Source: Pseudomonas aeruginosa
Lineage (GTDB): Bacteria > Pseudomonadota > Gammaproteobacteria > Pseudomonadales > Pseudomonadaceae
DNA length: 32,000 nucleotides
Direction: 5' to 3'
NCBI RefSeq assembly: GCF_001457615.1
Contig: NZ_LN831024.1
Location: 2,280,001-2,312,000, forward strand
In this document: positions 27,453-32,000 of the stretch, piece by piece
Numbering within the stretch: position 1 is the first letter of the stretch
How the letters are laid out: every line of letters begins with the position of its first letter
Made by a program: the position numbers and the translations under genes
Notes under the pieces: generated by a model
Seen by the model: only the letters and a program-made list of their open reading frames with translations
Database searches by the model: none
Told to the model about the DNA's origin: nothing

Positions 27453-28385
27453 TCAGTTGGAGCCAAGCAGCGGATGGGGATCGCTCTGTACTTCCTCGCA
27501 AATCCGCTTGATCGTTTGCCGGAACCAGCGGTGCGCGGGATCGTTGTCGAAGCGTGGATGCCAGGCCTGGACCACCATCACGGTCTTCAACGGCACCGGG
27601 ATGTCGAACTGGCGCAGGCCCAGGCCCAGTCGGTTGGCCCGCCACAGGGAATGCTCGGCGATCGGCAGCAGCAGGTCGGAGCCGGGCAGGGCGAAGATCG
27701 CCGAGTGGAAGGTCGGGCTGATCAGCTTGACGTCGCGCTTCAGGCCGAGTTCTCCCAGGGCCTGGTCCAGCGGTCCATGGTTGAGGCCACGACGCGAGAC
27801 GGCGATATGCGGAAAAGCGACGAAGCGCTGCGGAGTGATCTCGCCGTCGAAGATCGGGTGCCCCTGGCGGGCCAGGCCGACGAAGCGGGTGGTGAGCAAC
27901 TGCTGGGTCTTGACCTCGGGTTCCATCCAGGACGAGGCGCCGATATAGAGGTCGATGCGGTTCTGCCGCAGTGCCTCGTCGTCGATGTCCGACTCCTGCA
28001 CGAAGCGCAAGGTGCAGCGCGGCGCCTCCTCGGCGAAGATCTCCAGCAGGCGTATCGACAGACCGCCGACCAGGGTGTTGTTGGAACGCAGGGTGAAGCA
28101 GCGCTCCAGCTTGTCCAGTTGGATGGTCTCGCGAGTGTTGAACAGGTCGCGGGCCTGGTCCACCAGTTGCCGGACCTGCTCCTGCAGTTCCAGGGCACGG
28201 GGCGTGGGCACCAGCTTGCGGCCGGCGCGGACCATGATCGGGTCGCCTACCGCCTCGCGGATCCGTGACAGGGTACGGCTCATCGCCGGTGGGCTGAGGT
28301 GCATGCGGCGCGCGGCTCCGACCACGCTGCCCTCTTCGAGAAGAACGTTGAGGGCGACCAGGAGATTCAGATCGGGAAGATGCAT
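27453..28385 (-). CDS. LysR-type transcriptional regulator (NodD/SyrM-like arm)
   Basis: MHLPDLNLLVALNVLLEEGSVVGAARRMHLSPPAMSRTLSRIREAVGDPIMVRAGRKLVPTPRA. Start placed at 28385. Confidence 0.93.
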   Translation of the reverse strand: MHLPDLNLLVALNVLLEEGSVVGAARRMHLSPPAMSRTLSRIREAVGDPIMVRAGRKLVPTPRALELQEQVRQLVDQARDLFNTRETIQLDKLERCFTLRSNNTLVGGLSIRLLEIFAEEAPRCTLRFVQESDIDDEALRQNRIDLYIGASSWMEPEVKTQQLLTTRFVGLARQGHPIFDGEITPQRFVAFPHIAVSRRGLNHGPLDQALGELGLKRDVKLISPTFHSAIFALPGSDLLLPIAEHSLWRANRLGLGLRQFDIPVPLKTVMVVQAWHPRFDNDPAHRWFRQTIKRICEEVQSDPHPLLGSN

Positions 28386-28541
28386 GGAGTGGAAGTATAA
28401 GCACGCTGGCATGCGCAGGGTGCAGTCTTTCGTTCTCCCAGGCGTGCGTTCGCTGCATTGCTGGATTGCGTTCGCGGTGCCTTTACGCGCACCGGTGGCT
28501 GCCGAAGAATGCCGGTGCACGCTCTATCCGAGGATTTGCCG

Positions 28542-28988
28542 ATGTTCCATACGCTCCTGGTCGCCATCGACGGCGGCCCGCAGACCCGTCGCATTGCCGA
28601 GCTGGCGCGGCAGGCCGCCGCGCCGGGCGCGCGGGTCCACCTGCTGTGCGCGGTGGACGCCGGCTATGCGTTGCCGGGCCGGCCGACGCTGCTCGACTAT
28701 CCGCCCGCCGCGCACGAGTGCGAAGAGGCCCGGCAGGTGCTCGACGAGGCCCGTGCGCTGCTAGCCGGGTGCGAGCTGGAGGTACGGGCCGAGCTGCGCG
28801 CCGGCGACCCGGTGCAGGTGATCCTGGGCGAGGCGCGACGCCTGGGCTGCGAGCTGATCGTCATCGGTCATCGGCACCTGGGGCGGCTGGAGCGCCTGCT
28901 CGATCCTTCGGTCGGCGACCGGGTGATCCGCGAGGCGCCGTGTCCGGTGCTGGTGGAAGTGCGCGAGGAAGATGCGCAGGGGAGTTGA
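28542..28988 (+). CDS. Universal stress protein (UspA family)
   Basis: MFHTLLVAIDGGPQTRRIAELARQAA...CELIVIGHRHLGRLERLLDPSVGDRVIREAPCPVLVEVRE. Confidence 0.9.
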   Translation: MFHTLLVAIDGGPQTRRIAELARQAAAPGARVHLLCAVDAGYALPGRPTLLDYPPAAHECEEARQVLDEARALLAGCELEVRAELRAGDPVQVILGEARRLGCELIVIGHRHLGRLERLLDPSVGDRVIREAPCPVLVEVREEDAQGS

Positions 28989-29043
28989 CCTGCCGGCCGA
29001 TTGTCGCCACCTTGCGGTTTTTCCCACGAATGCGGAGGGCAGG

Positions 29044-29700
29044 ATGCAGGCGGATTTTTGGCACGCCCGCTGGGCGAACAACCAGATCGGCTTCCACCTG
29101 GACGAGATCAATCCCTACCTGATGCGCCACCTGTCGCGGCTGCGACTGCAAGCGGGCGAACGGATCCTGGTGCCGTTGTGCGGCAAGACCCTGGACCTGG
29201 CCTGGCTGGCCGCCCAGGGACTGGAGGTGCTGGGGGTGGAGCTTTCGGAAAAGGCCGTGAGCGACTTCTTCGAGGAGCACGACCTGCGCCCCGAGATCGA
29301 TCAACTGGATGGTTTCCGCCGCTACCGGGTCGCCGGCATCACCCTGCTGCAGGGTGATTTCTTCGCCTTGCAGGCAGAGCACCTGGCGCAGTGCAGGGCG
29401 TTCTACGACCGCGCCGCGCTGATCGCCCTGCCGCCGGAGATGCGCGAGCGCTATGCCGGGCATCTCCAGGCGGTCCTGCCGACGCGCAGCCTCGGCTTGC
29501 TGGTCACCATCGACTACCCGCAGGCGGAGATGGCCGGTCCGCCGTTCGCCGTGCCCGACGAGGAGGTGCGTGGCTACTACGCTGGCGGTTGGCGGATCGA
29601 GGAACTGGAGCGCGGCGACGTGCTCGGCGTCAACTGGAAATTCCTCGAGCGCGGGGTGTCCTGGCTGGACGAGGCCGTCTACCTGCTGGAGAGAGGCTGA
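29044..29700 (+). CDS. tpm: Thiopurine S-methyltransferase
   Basis: MQADFWHARWANNQIGFHLDEINPYLMRHLSRL...ILVPLCGKTLDLAWLAAQGLEVLGVELSEKAVSDFFEEH. Classic bacterial TPMT. Confidence 0.96.
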   Translation: MQADFWHARWANNQIGFHLDEINPYLMRHLSRLRLQAGERILVPLCGKTLDLAWLAAQGLEVLGVELSEKAVSDFFEEHDLRPEIDQLDGFRRYRVAGITLLQGDFFALQAEHLAQCRAFYDRAALIALPPEMRERYAGHLQAVLPTRSLGLLVTIDYPQAEMAGPPFAVPDEEVRGYYAGGWRIEELERGDVLGVNWKFLERGVSWLDEAVYLLERG

Positions 29701-29701
29701 A

Positions 29702-29725
29702 ACGGGGCGCCGCGCGGCGCCCCGT
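29702..29725. terminator. 24-nt perfect GC palindrome between convergent genes, possible bidirectional terminator or roadblock
   Basis: ACGGGGCGCCGCGCGGCGCCCCGT is fully self-complementary and sits in the 31-bp gap between tpm and the carboxypeptidase stop. Confidence 0.5.
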
Positions 29726-29731
29726 CCATTT

Positions 29732-30859
29732 TCAGCGGAGTTCGTCGACCAGCACCGCAAGGGTGCTCAGGACGTCCTGGCCGAGCCGCTTGGAGCGGGC
29801 GCCGGACCAGCCGGTCCCGGGCTCCGGGTTGTCGTCGTGGTCCTTGAACGGCATCTCGATGGTGAACGCCAGGCAGTCGTAGGTCTGCCCGACGAAGTTG
29901 CAGGCCAGCGCCAGGTTGGCCTGGCCCGGCGCACTGCGTGGGTAGCCATGGCGGATCTGGAATTCGCCGCGCGCCATCAGTTCCTCGCGGAAGCGTTGCT
30001 CGAGCCGTTCCAGGCGGGGCGTATAGCCCGGGTTGCCCTCGCAGCCGGCGGCGAATACGTGGGGGATTTCCTCGTCGCCGTGGATGTCGAGGAACAGGTC
30101 GACGCCATGGCGCTTCATCTCCTGCTGGACGAACCAGACTTCCGGGCTGCGCTCGGCGCTCGGCTCCAGCCAGGCCCGGTTGAGATCCTGGCCGGCGGCG
30201 TTGGTGCGCAGGTTGCCGTGGAACGCGCCGTCCGGGTTCATGTTCGGCACCAGGTACAGGTCGGCCTTTTCCAGCAGGCGCTGCATTTCCGTATCGTCCG
30301 GCCGCTGCAGGCGCTCGATCAGGCCTTCCATGAACCATTCGGCCATGTGTTCGCCGGGATGCTGCTGGGCGATGACCCACAGCTTCAGGTGGCTGTCGGG
30401 ATGGCGCCTGACCCGCAGCAATTCGATGTCGCGGCCTTGCACGCTGGTGCCGACGGCGAGCCGTTCGACGCCCTCGATGCCGAGCGCACGTTCGACCAGG
30501 CGGGCATGCCGTTCGCGGCTGTAGGGCTCGAAGTAGGCGAAGCGGACTTCGCTTTCCTCCGGTTCCAGCTGGAAATGCAGGCCGTCGGCGTCGTATTGCG
30601 ACGGCACGCGGAACCAGCGTTCGCCATCGTACGAGGCGACTGCCTGGTAGCCGCTCCAGGCATGGCTGTAGGCCGACTGGCCGGCGTTGACCAGGGTGAA
30701 GCAGTGCTCGGTGGCGGCAGCCATGCCCTCGACCTTGAAGTGGAACCACTGGAAATGCTGGCTGGCCAGGTCGGGACGGATCGCCAGGCGGATCCGGCGG
30801 GGATCGCTGGCATCGATGACCTGGATGTTGCCGCTGTCGAAATCGGCGCGGATCTGCAT
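29732..30859 (-). CDS. Zinc metallocarboxypeptidase, M14 family (cytosolic carboxypeptidase-like)
   Basis: CCP-like N-terminal beta domain, then VIAQQHPGEHMAEWFMEGL (HxxE), LDIHGDEEIPHVF (second His ligand) and C-terminal FTIEMPFKDHD. Confidence 0.93.
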   Translation of the reverse strand: MQIRADFDSGNIQVIDASDPRRIRLAIRPDLASQHFQWFHFKVEGMAAATEHCFTLVNAGQSAYSHAWSGYQAVASYDGERWFRVPSQYDADGLHFQLEPEESEVRFAYFEPYSRERHARLVERALGIEGVERLAVGTSVQGRDIELLRVRRHPDSHLKLWVIAQQHPGEHMAEWFMEGLIERLQRPDDTEMQRLLEKADLYLVPNMNPDGAFHGNLRTNAAGQDLNRAWLEPSAERSPEVWFVQQEMKRHGVDLFLDIHGDEEIPHVFAAGCEGNPGYTPRLERLEQRFREELMARGEFQIRHGYPRSAPGQANLALACNFVGQTYDCLAFTIEMPFKDHDDNPEPGTGWSGARSKRLGQDVLSTLAVLVDELR

Positions 30860-30952
30860 GGGAACCTCATCGGGCGAAATCACGGACCCGCATGTTCCGG
30901 GGCTGGCTCGCGGCTGTCAAAGCGACCATGGATAGGTGGCTTTCCCGGGCAT

Positions 30953-30978
30953 AAAAAAAGGGCGACCGATGGTCGCCC
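30953..30978 (-). terminator. Rho-independent terminator of htpX
   Basis: The minus strand reads GGGCGACC-ATC-GGTCGCCC followed by TTTTTTT. Confidence 0.87.
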
Positions 30979-30999
30979 TGTCCCAAGTGTGAAAGCGGA

Positions 31000-31875
31000 T
31001 CAGCGTGCGCTGGCGCGCAGCGCTTCGATACGATCCTCCAGCGGCGGGTGGCTCATCAGCAGGCCGGCCAGGCCGTGCTTGAGGCCGCCATTGATGCCGA
31101 AGGCGTTCAGGGTGTCGGGCATCTGCACCGGCACGCCCTGTTCCGAACGCAGGCGTTGCAGCGCGGCGATCATCGCGCCGGTGCCGGCCAGGTGGGCGCC
31201 GGCGGCGTCGGCGCGGAACTCGCGGCGGCGCGAGAACCACATGACGATGATGCTGGCGAGGATGCCGAGCACCAGTTCGGCGAAGATGGTCGCGACGAAG
31301 TAGCCGATGCCCGGGCCGTCCTCGTTCTTCAGGATGGCCTTGTCGACGAAGTTGCCGAAGATCCGCGCGAAGAACATCACGAAGGTGTTCACCACGCCCT
31401 GGATCAATGCCAGGGTGACCATGTCGCCGTTGGCGACGTGACCGATCTCGTGGGCGAGGACGGCTTTCACCTCATCGGGCGAGAAACGTTCGAGCAGGCC
31501 CTGGCTGACCGCGACCAGCGCGTCGTTCTTGTTCCAGCCGGTGGCGAAGGCGTTGGCCTCGTAGGCGGGGAAGATGCCGACCTCCGGCATCTTGATGCCG
31601 GCTTCGCGGGACAGCTCTTCGACGGTTTGCAGCAGCCACTGTTCGTGACGGGTGCGCGGCTGGCTGATGACTTCGGTACCGGTGCTCATCTTCGCCATCC
31701 ACTTGGAGATGAACAGCGAGACCAGCGAACCGGCGAAACCGAACACGGCGCAGAAGACCAGCAGGCTGCCGTAATTCTGGCCGGTGAAGCGGTCCACCCC
31801 GAGCAGTTTCAGGGTGATGCTGGCAATCACCAGGACTGCCAGGTTGGTGGCCAGGAACAACAGGATGCGCATCAT
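31000..31875 (-). CDS. htpX: Membrane zinc metalloprotease HtpX
   Basis: [27 protein letters not shown]..., HEIGH zinc motif in [13 protein letters not shown], and [18 protein letters not shown]. Confidence 0.96.
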   Translation of the reverse strand: MMRILLFLATNLAVLVIASITLKLLGVDRFTGQNYGSLLVFCAVFGFAGSLVSLFISKWMAKMSTGTEVISQPRTRHEQWLLQTVEELSREAGIKMPEVGIFPAYEANAFATGWNKNDALVAVSQGLLERFSPDEVKAVLAHEIGHVANGDMVTLALIQGVVNTFVMFFARIFGNFVDKAILKNEDGPGIGYFVATIFAELVLGILASIIVMWFSRRREFRADAAGAHLAGTGAMIAALQRLRSEQGVPVQMPDTLNAFGINGGLKHGLAGLLMSHPPLEDRIEALRASAR

Positions 31876-32000
31876 GGTGTAAAGCTTCTCCTCACGGCTG
31901 AAGGCACGGAGCGCGGTTCGCAGGCCGCCGGGGCGGGCGAACGGGCTCCTGATAATCATGCGGGGTTATATAAGGGGCGGTCCATGGCGATTCAATCGAG

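Noticed and set aside
29453-31303. 616-aa plus-strand ORF antisense to the M14 carboxypeptidase and part of htpX
   Set aside because: It crosses three well-supported genes and two terminator-like hairpins, and has no domain features.

Overview
This window reads as ordinary core chromosome of Pseudomonas aeruginosa. From memory, its gene order matches PAO1 PA2862 (lipA) through PA2830 (htpX). Proteins recognised directly from sequence are: the LipA lipase N-terminal part (cut by the window edge), the RNA 2',3'-cyclic phosphodiesterase ThpR/LigT, a GreB-type factor, a YbbA/YbbP-like ABC system divergent from tesA, a LysM + L,D-transpeptidase protein, OprI, tRNA-Ser(GGA), EarP and its substrate EF-P, Ohr/OhrR, four LysR-type regulators, a TauE/SafE-like permease, a DUF1127 small protein, a YcaQ/AlkX-like protein, a class II DAHP synthase, a spermidine-synthase-like protein, an enoyl-CoA hydratase, the DeaD RNA helicase, a LigB/DODA-type dioxygenase, an Emr-type tripartite efflux operon (MFS/HlyD/outer-membrane factor), a universal stress protein, Tpm, an M14 carboxypeptidase and HtpX. 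I found no CRISPR array, prophage, IS element, toxin-antitoxin pair or defence-like cassette, and no convincing new multigene system. The most interesting signals are regulatory or intergenic. These are a structured deaD leader whose last predicted hairpin pairs the start codon with a duplicated CATGGGT, a 31-codon ORF ending one stop codon before the class II DAHP synthase in the same frame, an AAGTAAGT motif upstream of both ohr and ohrR, 9-bp-phased direct repeats upstream of the efflux operon, a -24/-12 promoter and dyad upstream of lipA, perfect GC palindromes between convergent genes, and two repeat-like relics downstream of deaD.
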